Assembly (NCBI GenBank): GCA_964447765.1
Contig: CAYUTO010000001.1
Coordinates: forward strand, 28,110-92,109
Reading direction: 5' to 3'
DNA length: 64,000 nucleotides
From: an uncultured Gammaproteobacteria bacterium
GTDB taxonomy: Bacteria; Patescibacteriota; Patescibacteriia; Magasanikbacterales; UBA922
Position numbers and translations under genes: made by a program. This document shows positions 30,047-39,713 of the stretch, piece by piece. The notes beneath the pieces were generated by a model. That model was given only the letters and a program-made list of their open reading frames with translations. It had not been told where the DNA came from and made no database searches. Positions within the stretch are counted from its first letter, which is position 1. Each line of letters begins with the position of its first letter.

Positions 30047-30183
30047 AGAAAATATAGAGTAATTAGAATAATCTGTATCCTACAAATTATCACTCTCTTT
30101 GTGTGAGTGCTAATACTATAGCATACTCGCCAAAAGTGTCAACTTGTGTTAGTATAGCATAATTATCCATGATTTAGGGATCT

Positions 30184-30936
30184 ATGCGTATTCTTGATGT
30201 GAGGATAGACGAGGTAACAATCGATGAGGCAAAAGCTAAGGCAGAGGGTTTTTTACATAAACAAAAACTTCATCGGATATTTACTCCTAATCCAGAGATG
30301 CTGGTAGCTGCACAGCGCCATGATTCATTTCGGAATATTTTAAATACGGCTGATTTATCACTTTGTGATGGGAATGGGCTCGCGCTTTTTTCAGACGGCA
30401 AGCTCAATCGAATTACTGGGGTGGATTTTATGCGTGAATTACTTGTTATTGCTGAACAAGAGCAAAAATCAGTATTTTTGCTCGGATCAGGAAAGACTAA
30501 GACGGTTAAAAAACTTTTTGATTGTATTCAGACAATGTATCCAACCTTACATATTGCAGGCATGCATCCTGGTCCCCATTTTTTTATTCGTAAGGGTACG
30601 ATTGTCTACAAGACGGCAGAAGAAAAGCGCATTAATCAGCAGGTAGTCGAAGAAATACAAAGGAATAAGCCAGACGTTCTTTTTGTAGCATTTGGTCACG
30701 AGAAGCAGGAGATCTGGATTGATGCTCATGCGAAAGAATTGGAAGGTGTAAAAATCGCCATGGGGGTAGGAGGAGCATTTGACTACATTTCTGGTTCAGT
30801 AACTCGCGCTCCAGAATGGCTACGTGCAGCAGGTTTTGAATGGTTGTACAGATTTTTTACTCAGCCCAAACGCTTCAATAGAATCATTACTGCAATTATA
30901 ATTTTTCCTTATTATGCTCTCACCAAAAGTCGTTAG
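30184..30936 (+). CDS. tagA: WecB/TagA/CpsF-family glycosyltransferase
   Basis: Family-typical N-terminus (DV.I...FTPNPEM...) and length. Confidence 0.7.
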   Translation: MRILDVRIDEVTIDEAKAKAEGFLHKQKLHRIFTPNPEMLVAAQRHDSFRNILNTADLSLCDGNGLALFSDGKLNRITGVDFMRELLVIAEQEQKSVFLLGSGKTKTVKKLFDCIQTMYPTLHIAGMHPGPHFFIRKGTIVYKTAEEKRINQQVVEEIQRNKPDVLFVAFGHEKQEIWIDAHAKELEGVKIAMGVGGAFDYISGSVTRAPEWLRAAGFEWLYRFFTQPKRFNRIITAIIIFPYYALTKSR

Positions 30937-31672
30937 ACATCTCAATCAACTGCAGGAAAAGAAATACCGACGCGAATTTCGGGAATTTGTGGTAGAAGGG
31001 TTCAAGGGAGTGGGGGAGGCGCTTCAATATGCTGAAGTGGTACTTCTCGTAGTTGAGGGAACTAGACGAGAAGAAGAACCCATTGCTTTGTGTATCAAAC
31101 AAGCAGAAGAGCAGGATATTCCGGTAGAGTATTGTGGTAGAAAAGATATTGGAGACATAAAAACGACCGATACATTCTCAGGCATTCTTGCGGTGGTTGA
31201 TTCATTTGAATATACTCTTACAGATATCTCCGCTGGTCCTATTATTGCTCTTGATAATATCAAAGATCCAGGGAATCTAGGGACGGTGATTCGAACTGCT
31301 GAGTGGTTTGGAATTACCAATATCATACTTTCAGAAAATAGTGTCGATGAATATAATCCAAAAGTCGTTCGAAGTACGATGGGATCTATGTTCCGATCAA
31401 AAATCTATCGTTCACATAATTTGTTCAAAGAATTATCTGAGCTTAAAGAGCAATATGGATATTCGGTTAGTGCGCTTGATCTGAAGGGCAAACCATTACC
31501 TTCGTCGATTCCAAAGTCAGACAACAAGATTTTTCTCTTTGGCTCTGAATCACAGGGTCTGTCGCCTGAGCTTGAAGAGGTGGTAGATGTCCGATATACT
31601 ATTCCAGGTAAAGGAAAAGCTGAATCACTGAACATTGCGATCTCGGCTGCAATACTCATGTCACGAATATAA
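30914..31672 (+). CDS. TrmH/SpoU-family RNA 2'-O-methyltransferase (RlmB-like)
   Basis: SPOUT motifs (ALDNIKDPGNLGTVIRTA, SLNIAISAAIL) plus an N-terminal substrate-binding domain. Confidence 0.75.
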   Translation: MLSPKVVRHLNQLQEKKYRREFREFVVEGFKGVGEALQYAEVVLLVVEGTRREEEPIALCIKQAEEQDIPVEYCGRKDIGDIKTTDTFSGILAVVDSFEYTLTDISAGPIIALDNIKDPGNLGTVIRTAEWFGITNIILSENSVDEYNPKVVRSTMGSMFRSKIYRSHNLFKELSELKEQYGYSVSALDLKGKPLPSSIPKSDNKIFLFGSESQGLSPELEEVVDVRYTIPGKGKAESLNIAISAAILMSRI

Positions 31673-31674
31673 TT

Positions 31675-33165
31675 ATGATCAAAACTCGCTTTGCTCCAAG
31701 TCCTACGGGAATGCTTCATGTTGGTGGTCTCCGAACTGCTCTTTTTGCCTATTTGTTTGCCAAAAAAAAGGGGGGAGTTTTTATGCTTCGAATTGAAGAT
31801 ACTGATCGTGAACGTTTTGTTGAGGGTGGGATTGAAAATATTACTTCGTCACTACGGTGGGCAGGGATTGTGATTGATGAAGGTGTTCTCATGAATGATG
31901 ATGACACTGTTTCACAAAAGGGGAATTGTGGTCCGTATATTCAATCTGAACGTTTATCAATTTATCAAACATACATCAAAGAATTATTGGATAAAGGTAA
32001 TGCTTATTATTGTTTTTGTACCAAAGAACGGCTTACTCAAGTTCGAGAACATCAGGAAAAAAATAAATTGCCTACAGGGTATGACGGGACTTGTCGCGAT
32101 CTGTCTCGTTCCGAAGTTGATGAACGGATAGCCTCTAGTGAAAATTTTGTTATACGTATGAAAATGCCGAAAGAGGGTGTTACTATGATTGACGACTTGG
32201 TTCGAGGAAAAGTGGAGTTTAAAAATAGTTTAGTAGATGATCAAGTGTTGATCAAAGCTGATGGATTTCCTACGTATCATTTTGCGGTTGTCGTAGACGA
32301 TCATACTATGGAGGTGACCCACGTGATTCGTGGAGAAGAATGGTTACCTTCTACACCTAAACATGTCGAGCTCTATAAAATGTTTGGTTGGGAATGTCCT
32401 ACGTTTGCCCATCTTTCTTTATTTGTAAACGCACAGAAGCAAAAGATGAGTAAGCGACATGGTGATGTGAGTGTTGAAGACTTTACACAAAAAGGATATT
32501 TGTCTGAAGCACTGGTTAATTTTGTTGCATTTTTGGGCTGGAACCCAGGTACTGAACAGGAAATATTTTCTCTCAAAGAATTGGAACAAGCTTTTGATTT
32601 TGATAAAGTAGGAAAGGCTGCTGCTGTATTCAATGTCGAGAAATTAGATTGGTATAACAAGCAATACATGATGGCAATGGATACGATTGAGCTCGCACGT
32701 CGGGTAGCACCATTCATGCTTAATCATGGATTGATCAAAACGTTACCACAGTCTGAGAAAGAATTAAGAGATTTGGCGCAAGTTATCGAGCTGGAGAAGG
32801 GGAGAGCGACTACGCTTGCTGAATTTCCTCAAGCGCTTGGTTTTATCTTTGCTGAAAGCCTCAGTTATGAATCGGAATTATTGGTTTGGAAAAAAAGTAC
32901 AAGAGAAGGTACACATGAAAAGCTTATCTTACTATCGGAATATTTGAATCAAAAAAGTGATCAGGAGTGGGGGAGAGAGAAGCTTGAAGCAGACACTCTC
33001 GCATGGATTGCTGAAAAAGGATTTGGTGTAGGGGATGTACTCTGGCCGATGAGAACAGCGCTTTCTGGGCAAAAGAATTCTCCGGGCCCATTTGAAATTG
33101 CGGCTGTTCTTGGCAAAGCCCGAACACTTGATCGAATTCGTGCAGGTATAGCAGCCCTCGCCTAG
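31675..33165 (+). CDS. gltX: Glutamate--tRNA ligase
   Basis: PSPTGMLHVGG (HIGH-class) and KMSKR motifs. Confidence 0.9.
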   Translation: MIKTRFAPSPTGMLHVGGLRTALFAYLFAKKKGGVFMLRIEDTDRERFVEGGIENITSSLRWAGIVIDEGVLMNDDDTVSQKGNCGPYIQSERLSIYQTYIKELLDKGNAYYCFCTKERLTQVREHQEKNKLPTGYDGTCRDLSRSEVDERIASSENFVIRMKMPKEGVTMIDDLVRGKVEFKNSLVDDQVLIKADGFPTYHFAVVVDDHTMEVTHVIRGEEWLPSTPKHVELYKMFGWECPTFAHLSLFVNAQKQKMSKRHGDVSVEDFTQKGYLSEALVNFVAFLGWNPGTEQEIFSLKELEQAFDFDKVGKAAAVFNVEKLDWYNKQYMMAMDTIELARRVAPFMLNHGLIKTLPQSEKELRDLAQVIELEKGRATTLAEFPQALGFIFAESLSYESELLVWKKSTREGTHEKLILLSEYLNQKSDQEWGREKLEADTLAWIAEKGFGVGDVLWPMRTALSGQKNSPGPFEIAAVLGKARTLDRIRAGIAALA

Positions 33166-33166
33166 A

Positions 33167-34441
33167 GTGTGCTATACTGTGCAATACATGAATTATCATT
33201 TATCTTTTAAGATTAGTGTTGGTATCATTTTGTTCGCTGCGTTACTTGGAACGCGGCAATTTTTGGTTATAGAACCAGTGCATGCTGCAACTCAGACTGA
33301 AATTGATGAGTTAAATAAAAAAATTGATGAAGGTAAGAGTAAAATTGAGCAACTTCAAAAAAGTATTGATGAGTATAATAAGAAAATTAGTGAAAAGCGC
33401 ACCGAAGCACAGTCACTTACCAATCAGCTCGCCATTCTTGATAATCAGATTACGCAAATTCAGCTTGATATCGAAGTTACCGAGGCGACACTTCTGAAAC
33501 TTCAGCTGGAGATTGAAGAGCTTTCAGTTGGGATTACCAGTAAAGAAGCAATGATAGATAAGCAGCAGAAAATGCTTGCAGAGCTTATTCGAATGCTTCA
33601 TTATGAAAACAATAAGAAATACATCGAGGTCATGACAGCATATGACAATTTTTCTGATTTCTATACTCGTGTGCAATACCTCAAGAGTATCGAGCAAGAC
33701 TTGGGTCAGAGTGCCAAAGCGATTCGTATTGCAAAAGAAGAGTTGGAGCAGAAAAAAACTGAAACTGAAGATCGAAAAAAAGACTATGAACAATTGAAAG
33801 AGAGGCTCTCTAATCGTAAAAGTGATCTTGATGAACAGTCTAAATTCAAAGGGACACTTCTCGCACAGACTCAATCGTCTGAAATGACCATTAAATCAAT
33901 GGTTTCGAATCTCAAATCTCAACAGAAAAAGGAAGAAAGCGAGATTGTGGCGTCTGAACAAGCGGTACGTAGAAAATTAGCTCAAAATAATCAGTTTAAT
34001 AATCTTTCCGACGACGAAACACTCCTTTCCTGGCCTACACAGAGTCGATATGTTACGGCGTATTTCCATGACAAGAGTTATCCGTTCCGTTATATCTATG
34101 AGCACCCTGCAATTGATATTCGTGGCGCGCAGGGAACACCTGTGGCTGCGGTAAAATCTGGTTACATTGCTCGTGCGCGCACGTGTACTCTTGCATCGTG
34201 CTACGCATACGTTATGATTGCTCATGAAGGTGGAATTACTACGGTATACGGACATTTGAGTAAAATTTCGGTCAAAGAAGATCAATTTGTTACGCGTGGT
34301 GATGTTATTGGCTATTCTGGGGCTACTCCTGGCACGGTGGGTGCTGGTCCATTTACCACTGGCCCTCATCTACATTTTGAAGTTCGAAAAAATGGTATCC
34401 CAGTGAATCCCCTCGATTATTTGGTAAAAGATTGGGAATAA
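33167..34441 (+). CDS. EnvC-like coiled-coil M23 peptidase / murein hydrolase activator
   Basis: Signal/TM, long coiled-coil, and C-terminal M23 domain (GPHLHFEVRKNG). The real start may be the internal Met at 33188. Confidence 0.75.
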   Translation: MCYTVQYMNYHLSFKISVGIILFAALLGTRQFLVIEPVHAATQTEIDELNKKIDEGKSKIEQLQKSIDEYNKKISEKRTEAQSLTNQLAILDNQITQIQLDIEVTEATLLKLQLEIEELSVGITSKEAMIDKQQKMLAELIRMLHYENNKKYIEVMTAYDNFSDFYTRVQYLKSIEQDLGQSAKAIRIAKEELEQKKTETEDRKKDYEQLKERLSNRKSDLDEQSKFKGTLLAQTQSSEMTIKSMVSNLKSQQKKEESEIVASEQAVRRKLAQNNQFNNLSDDETLLSWPTQSRYVTAYFHDKSYPFRYIYEHPAIDIRGAQGTPVAAVKSGYIARARTCTLASCYAYVMIAHEGGITTVYGHLSKISVKEDQFVTRGDVIGYSGATPGTVGAGPFTTGPHLHFEVRKNGIPVNPLDYLVKDWE

Positions 34442-34476
34442 TTGATTAGTTGTGTTGTTAATTCGAATATACCACT

Positions 34477-35010
34477 ATGAAAAATGATAAGCAAATTATA
34501 TTTTTTGATACTGAATTCACCTATCTCGACGCACGAAAAGGTGAGCTTTTGTCTTTGGGTTTGGTAAAAGAAACTGGTGAGGAATTATATATTGAATTGG
34601 AACAACCACCGCTCGAAAAAATGGATCCATGGGTAGTGGAACATGTATTACCTTCTCTGTCTGGAAAAGAGGTATTATCAAAAGAAGCTGCTCGAGAAAA
34701 AATTAGAGAATTTGTAGGTACTGAAAAGCCTTATCTCTTGGCATATGTAAATCAATTTGATGCGGTCTTTTGGTACGATCTTTTTTCTGATCCGCAAAAA
34801 CATCCCGCATTCTGGATACCTATTGATTTTGCTTCAATTCTGTTTGCTCATGGATTTGATCCTGGTAGTATGGGTAAACAAGAGTTCTTTGATCGCATTG
34901 GTGTTACCAAGACTGATTACGAGACTCGTGGTCACAATGCATTAGAAGATGCACAACTCTTGAAAGAAGTATATTATAAATTTCTTTCGTACATCGGACA
35001 TAAAAATTAG
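34477..35010 (+). CDS. DEDDh 3'-5' exonuclease (DnaQ-like)
   Basis: Exo I FFDTEFT and Exo III GHNALEDA motifs. Confidence 0.7.
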   Translation: MKNDKQIIFFDTEFTYLDARKGELLSLGLVKETGEELYIELEQPPLEKMDPWVVEHVLPSLSGKEVLSKEAAREKIREFVGTEKPYLLAYVNQFDAVFWYDLFSDPQKHPAFWIPIDFASILFAHGFDPGSMGKQEFFDRIGVTKTDYETRGHNALEDAQLLKEVYYKFLSYIGHKN

Positions 35011-35455
35011 CCTCGCCTTCAAAAGTTCTATAAAAAGATGATATCCTATACCACCTATTTTTTAACGCCTATTCTGTAGTGTCGCAAAACGTAGGGGAGT
35101 GGCGTAGAAGTTGAAAGTCATAAAGTCTATAAAGTGAAAAGAAAATACGGGGAAGAATATCGTGTGACTAGATAGAGGAAGGAAGAAAGTTTTATTTTGA
35201 TTACAAGTATAGAAAAGTCAGAAGCTAAGATTCAAAGGGATTATTGAAAGTGGGTTTTCCTATAGTATACGTGTCTTATAATATACATTGTGCGACACTG
35301 TATCTATCCTCTCAGCCTAGTCACGAAACAGTTCCCTATGTCCTATAGCTAAAGTCGTGCGACGCGGGGTCGACTAGTATTTCCTACGTGGTATACTGAT
35401 TTATATTTACTTGATGTATTTTTAATTATCTGTTACTTTTGCAGAGTAAACTCGT

Positions 35456-35758
35456 ATGTTTCTCAGTGCTTATCGATTAGATCAAAGAAGACAATTGGTT
35501 AGGAAAACTCTTGAGATTTCTGTTATCTCCCTCGCTCTATTACTTGCTCTACAGTTTGTCTTAATCAATACTTACGGATCTTTTGATATTTTTTCTCAAG
35601 CTACTGCTGAGTGTCTGGTTCTTTCAGGAACTGGTGCGTTAATTGTTTTTAAGTATGTTCGGAGATTTCCAAATTCAGTTCTTTGCTTATTCATAATGAT
35701 CGGTTTGGCCTTTAACGTTTTTGCATTTTTTAGGACTAGACACACCTTAAAAAAATAA
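35456..35758 (+). CDS. Hypothetical 3-TM membrane protein (AT-rich island)
   Basis: 100 aa with three hydrophobic segments; the region is about 30% GC. Confidence 0.4.
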   Translation: MFLSAYRLDQRRQLVRKTLEISVISLALLLALQFVLINTYGSFDIFSQATAECLVLSGTGALIVFKYVRRFPNSVLCLFIMIGLAFNVFAFFRTRHTLKK

Positions 35759-35759
35759 T

Positions 35760-36530
35760 ATGACAGAAAAAACTAAGGATTGGACTTCTAGTATTGCTAG
35801 TGATGCAATTACAATTACAATTTCAATGTTGGTTGTTTTAGGTGTAATATCAATTGCTCGGTATTTTTTAAAAACGAGCGAATCTCCCGCTTGCTCTACC
35901 TCAAATTTAGAACTTTGTATTAATGAGGTATCCTGTAAAGAACAAAATTTACATTGGTGGAATAATTCTTGTAATTTGGTATCCGAACCAATTGTTATCC
36001 CCCCATCTCAGTACCCTGATTATGATAGTGTAATGAGTACTTCAACCGAGGCATCATCTACTTATAAGCTCTTTAAAATTATTGATCAACCGTTTACTAG
36101 CTGGACTCCTGAAAAAGCTAAGCAAGAAGATAAAATGTTCAATATAACTATTAAAAGAACTGGCGGTCAATTATCAGCAGCTTATCTTCATATTAAAGTC
36201 TCAAGAGGAGACAAACCTTTTACTGCATTCGATAGTATTTACCTTTTATTTAATGATGTAGGTGGGCATCTATTTAGGTCACAGTCCTTACCTGTTCCTC
36301 CAGGAGATAAGACTGAGCTTCTATACGCTATGAATTATGTGCCCTATCTGAAGAGTATTCCTTACTCAGAAAGTAGGACCCCCAGTGCAGTTAATTGGTT
36401 TGATATTTTTAATGGTTCAAATAACATTACCGTTGATAGTTTCATCTCTTCTTTACATGAGTCAGAGATTGAAGAAATGTCTATTTATTATCAGTGTACT
36501 AAAGATGAAGAATGTTCATTGAGCAAGTAA
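35760..36530 (+). CDS. Hypothetical membrane-anchored, Cys-rich extracytoplasmic protein (AT-rich island)
   Basis: 256 aa with an N-terminal TM anchor and multiple Cys residues; no recognisable family. Confidence 0.4.
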   Translation: MTEKTKDWTSSIASDAITITISMLVVLGVISIARYFLKTSESPACSTSNLELCINEVSCKEQNLHWWNNSCNLVSEPIVIPPSQYPDYDSVMSTSTEASSTYKLFKIIDQPFTSWTPEKAKQEDKMFNITIKRTGGQLSAAYLHIKVSRGDKPFTAFDSIYLLFNDVGGHLFRSQSLPVPPGDKTELLYAMNYVPYLKSIPYSESRTPSAVNWFDIFNGSNNITVDSFISSLHESEIEEMSIYYQCTKDEECSLSK

Positions 36531-36545
36531 TCCATTTTTTATTTA

Positions 36546-36914
36546 TTAAAGTGTTTTATTTAAATCTTCAGATAATTTTTTAGTTAAAGTAATAAATTTT
36601 TCTGCTTTTCCTTTAGCATGATTTCCAGATATTATTTCTGAAATAGAATCATTAACTGCCGATCTAAGATCTTCATTTTCTCCTATTAATATAAAAGCCG
36701 GGCCCATTAATCTGATTATCTCTTTTTCGTTTCCTGCTCCTTTATTTAGATGGAGAGAAAATATTGATTCTGCTAAACCTGAATAGGTAACAAATTTTTT
36801 CTCATAGATTATCCGTTTTCTTTCATTTTTATGATTAAGCCAAGCTGTTATTGAGGAACCTATAATAGCACCAAACATGCCAGAAATCACTGCTATCCAT
36901 ATGCCTTCAGACAT
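36546..36914 (-). CDS. Hypothetical N-terminally anchored protein (AT-rich island)
   Basis: 122 aa with one N-terminal TM helix. Confidence 0.35.
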   Translation of the reverse strand: MSEGIWIAVISGMFGAIIGSSITAWLNHKNERKRIIYEKKFVTYSGLAESIFSLHLNKGAGNEKEIIRLMGPAFILIGENEDLRSAVNDSISEIISGNHAKGKAEKFITLTKKLSEDLNKTL

Positions 36915-37117
36915 AGAAATAATTATTTAAGAATATTTCTATAATTCTGACATTTTTTAGTATATAAGTCCATCAAATTATTTTATACTTTTTATTTGAA
37001 ATTTTCGTGAATGTGGCAAAAATCGCTATAAATACGACTAGTGTCATTTTCTCCCCTATTTAGTTAGCTAAAAATAAAAAATCGAGGGTTATACAGACCC
37101 GCGATTTTTTTCTCCTT

Positions 37118-37384
37118 TTAGTTTGCACCCACCAACAGTGGACTTGGTAGATTGATTGATGCCCAATTTCTCGTGATCTCTGTCACATAAATTTTGTCTT
37201 TTGCATCAATGACACTTTTGAGTTGATTCACGATATCGAGTGAACTTAAGTCTGTTTGTATGAGCCACAGTGATTTCAGTGGTCTACTCCATCGGTTTGC
37301 AGATTTGATCATTTTTATGAGCATCGTATATTCCGCATTGGAGTCTGGTTTGGTAAGGTCGTATGAAATGAGATAGGTTTTCAT
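37118..37384 (-). CDS. Small Cas2/VapD-fold-like protein apparently co-transcribed with lexA (putative SOS-induced endoribonuclease-like protein)
   Basis: 88 aa. The N-terminal strand MKTYLISYDL resembles the Cas2/VapD beta1 with an Asp, followed by helix, strand (SLWLIQTD), helix, strand (KIYVTEI). It starts 12 nt after the lexA stop. A terminator hairpin lies at 37080-37115. Confidence 0.35.
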   Translation of the reverse strand: MKTYLISYDLTKPDSNAEYTMLIKMIKSANRWSRPLKSLWLIQTDLSSLDIVNQLKSVIDAKDKIYVTEITRNWASINLPSPLLVGAN

Positions 37385-37396
37385 AGTAAGGATATT

Positions 37397-37978
37397 TTAT
37401 ATATATTGTCTTACTACACCAGTCACCACTCCCCCAACCTTCAATTCGTATTTTGGAAATATGTCCGGGTATTTTTTGTTTGCTGCACGGAGAAACATTT
37501 TTTTGCCTTTTTGCATGAGGAATTTCAGTGTCCACTCATGATCAATTTCTGCAACTACGACTGCTCCTGGTTTTGCAGTCTTTTTTCTGTTTACGATGAC
37601 CATATCCCCTGACATGATCCCTGCACCTTGCATAGAGTCACCTGAGACCTTTAGAAGGAAGGTGTGTGTGGGCTCGTGAATGAGTAAGTCATTGAGTGAT
37701 ATACAGTCGAGTAGACTTTCCTCAGCGTCGTGTGGAATTCCCGCACGGACTTCTCCTAGTACTCTCACTCCATAGAGTTTTGGAGTAGCAATGAGAAATC
37801 CTTCATCACTCTTTCGTACAACATCATCCTCGATAAACTTTTCAATATAGTCGAATGCTGCTGATTTTGACTTCACCCCAAAGACCTTGGTCATTTCTTC
37901 GTAGGTTGGAAGCCGTTTGTTTTTGTTGTAGTAGGAAAGCAAAGCTTGCATCCTTTTTTTATATAGATCGAGGGGCAT
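37397..37978 (-). CDS. lexA: LexA repressor (S24 peptidase)
   Basis: N-terminal winged HTH, cleavage-site region, and the catalytic Ser in SGDSM. Confidence 0.85.
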   Translation of the reverse strand: MPLDLYKKRMQALLSYYNKNKRLPTYEEMTKVFGVKSKSAAFDYIEKFIEDDVVRKSDEGFLIATPKLYGVRVLGEVRAGIPHDAEESLLDCISLNDLLIHEPTHTFLLKVSGDSMQGAGIMSGDMVIVNRKKTAKPGAVVVAEIDHEWTLKFLMQKGKKMFLRAANKKYPDIFPKYELKVGGVVTGVVRQYI

Positions 37979-38046
37979 ATAAAAAGGGTTAATTAATGTG
38001 TCACACGCGTGTCCCCGGCCGGGTAGACATGGATGTGATCTTGAAC

Positions 38047-38059
38047 CGAACGTTTGTTC
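38047..38059. promoter_or_regulatory. LexA operator, Cheo-box type: CGAACGTTTGTTC
   Basis: Matches the Gram-positive SOS box CGAAC-N4-GTTC; about 70 bp upstream of the lexA start. Confidence 0.7.
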
Positions 38060-38081
38060 TCCTCCTTGAATACAAGTATAC

Positions 38082-38095
38082 CGAACGTACGTTCG
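38082..38095. promoter_or_regulatory. LexA operator, Cheo-box type, perfect palindrome CGAACGTACGTTCG
   Basis: Perfect CGAAC-N4-GTTCG; a second box 35 bp from the first. Confidence 0.75.
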
Positions 38096-38258
38096 GGTGT
38101 AAAGTGTGGTTAGGGGGATGTGTGTGGATAACTAGATTTTGTACGAAGTTTTGTGTCGAATGATTCACTTGATACGAATTTTTCATATAGAGTGAATCAT
38201 TCGCGACTGAACTGCATTGGTTATGCAGACAGTCGCGATAGAGTATGAGCGAGAGGGA

Positions 38259-38465
38259 TTAGCCTCCGTCATAACCTCTACTGGCGCGGAGATTTCGGAG
38301 CCTCTCCACTTCCTTGGCTTGGCTGTTGACCTCGCGTTGCCATTTGGCACGCTGAGCCTCTGTGCTCTCTTCTGTCGCTATCGTGACGTACTCATCGTCG
38401 TCGAGGGTTGTGTGCTCGAGCGGAGCGACTTGATCTTCTCTAAGATCTGCTTTTGTAATACTCAT
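38259..38465 (-). CDS. Hypothetical small acidic protein, GC-rich cassette E, directly upstream of the lexA SOS boxes
   Basis: 68 aa, very acidic; GGGGA RBS 6 nt before the ATG; GC-rich codon usage. Confidence 0.4.
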   Translation of the reverse strand: MSITKADLREDQVAPLEHTTLDDDEYVTIATEESTEAQRAKWQREVNSQAKEVERLRNLRASRGYDGG

Positions 38466-38648
38466 GTTTTTCCCCTAAGGTACCTAGCTCGCATGTATGG
38501 TGCGCCCCTCGTCAGCTGTACCTGTGGTGGTTGGTATATAAGGGGGAGTGAAAAATCGATTCTGTTCGAATTGTCACTTCCTCTTATATACGCCAAAAAG
38601 AACTATTTCAGTATAGTTGTATATCACACTTTTACTATTTTATCAAGA

Positions 38649-39677
38649 CTACTTCCAGTATATTCGATTCTCGTACCGAATATCGATATATGACAAGCTT
38701 TTTGTACTTTCAATTTTTTGGAGTGCTAATTTGATTTCACGAACCTGGTCTTCGGCACGAGTACGTGCGAACCTTGTTTTCACTATCCATCCATCTTGTG
38801 TCGTGATATAGAAATCAACATTATTTTCTATGGTAAAGTATAAGACGCCGAACTCCATATTTTTTATCTGATTGTACCAGGTAATGAGAAGCTCTACTTC
38901 TTCTGGTTTCAGTACCTTGAGTCCTTTGTCTACTTCGTGCGCGCGTTTGTCATAAATTATAGGAAATTCTTTGGTTCTGTCTCCATAGACATTTGCGGTG
39001 TTCGGAGTATGCACCTGGTCTACCACAATATCGATTGTCGAGGTAACGCCATCTGCGGTAGTAGTAACTGTTTTTCCTGTAATATCTTTCCATTCATGAT
39101 TTTCGACTGCACGGATAAGCTCTACGACCGACCCATCGAGTCCAACGAGTCCATACATCTTACCATTGTCATAGATGATCGTGGACACTTTTTCTGTTAT
39201 CACAATATTCATTTCATGGGGAAAATGTTTTTCTACCTGAATATCTTCAATCGGAAAACGTTTTTTTAATACTTCTGAAATGTCTAGCGTATTAGCGACA
39301 ATGAAGCTTGAATTTGGAATAAAGCCAAAACTTTTGTATTCAAGTGTATTTGCAATGACTTCTTCAATTTCTTCGGTGGGAATCCTACTATTTCCGGTAA
39401 TATGCACTTCGGTAATATTAAATAGTCCGCTAAAAATTACTAGGTAGATGAGGAGTACTATTGAAACACCGAGTATCGAAAGTTCGATTGCTATTTTCTT
39501 ACTTCGCCCCGTGTCTTCTTTTCGATACGGGTTATACTGAGTCCCCTTCCAGGTAAAATCTTTGATCTTTCGGGGGCCATGATGCTTGAAAATTTTATCA
39601 AAAAAACGCTCGGTTTTTTCCGCAGTGCGGTCGATATTTTTGATCAGTCGATGATGGTTGACGATCTTTCTTCTCAT
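38649..39677 (-). CDS. ftsQ: Cell division protein FtsQ/DivIB-like
   Basis: Cytoplasmic N-terminus, one TM helix, POTRA-like region (EVHITGNSRIPTEEIEEVI) and a beta-domain. Confidence 0.6.
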   Translation of the reverse strand: MRRKIVNHHRLIKNIDRTAEKTERFFDKIFKHHGPRKIKDFTWKGTQYNPYRKEDTGRSKKIAIELSILGVSIVLLIYLVIFSGLFNITEVHITGNSRIPTEEIEEVIANTLEYKSFGFIPNSSFIVANTLDISEVLKKRFPIEDIQVEKHFPHEMNIVITEKVSTIIYDNGKMYGLVGLDGSVVELIRAVENHEWKDITGKTVTTTADGVTSTIDIVVDQVHTPNTANVYGDRTKEFPIIYDKRAHEVDKGLKVLKPEEVELLITWYNQIKNMEFGVLYFTIENNVDFYITTQDGWIVKTRFARTRAEDQVREIKLALQKIESTKSLSYIDIRYENRIYWK

Positions 39678-39713
39678 AGTACCAATAGACAGGCTTATAG
39701 GTAACTGTTTTGC

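Noticed and set aside
38217-38693. 158-aa plus-strand ORF across cassette E
   Set aside because: It is antisense to the better-supported 68-aa acidic ORF (which has an RBS) and runs into AT-rich non-coding sequence, with Cys-rich low-complexity composition.
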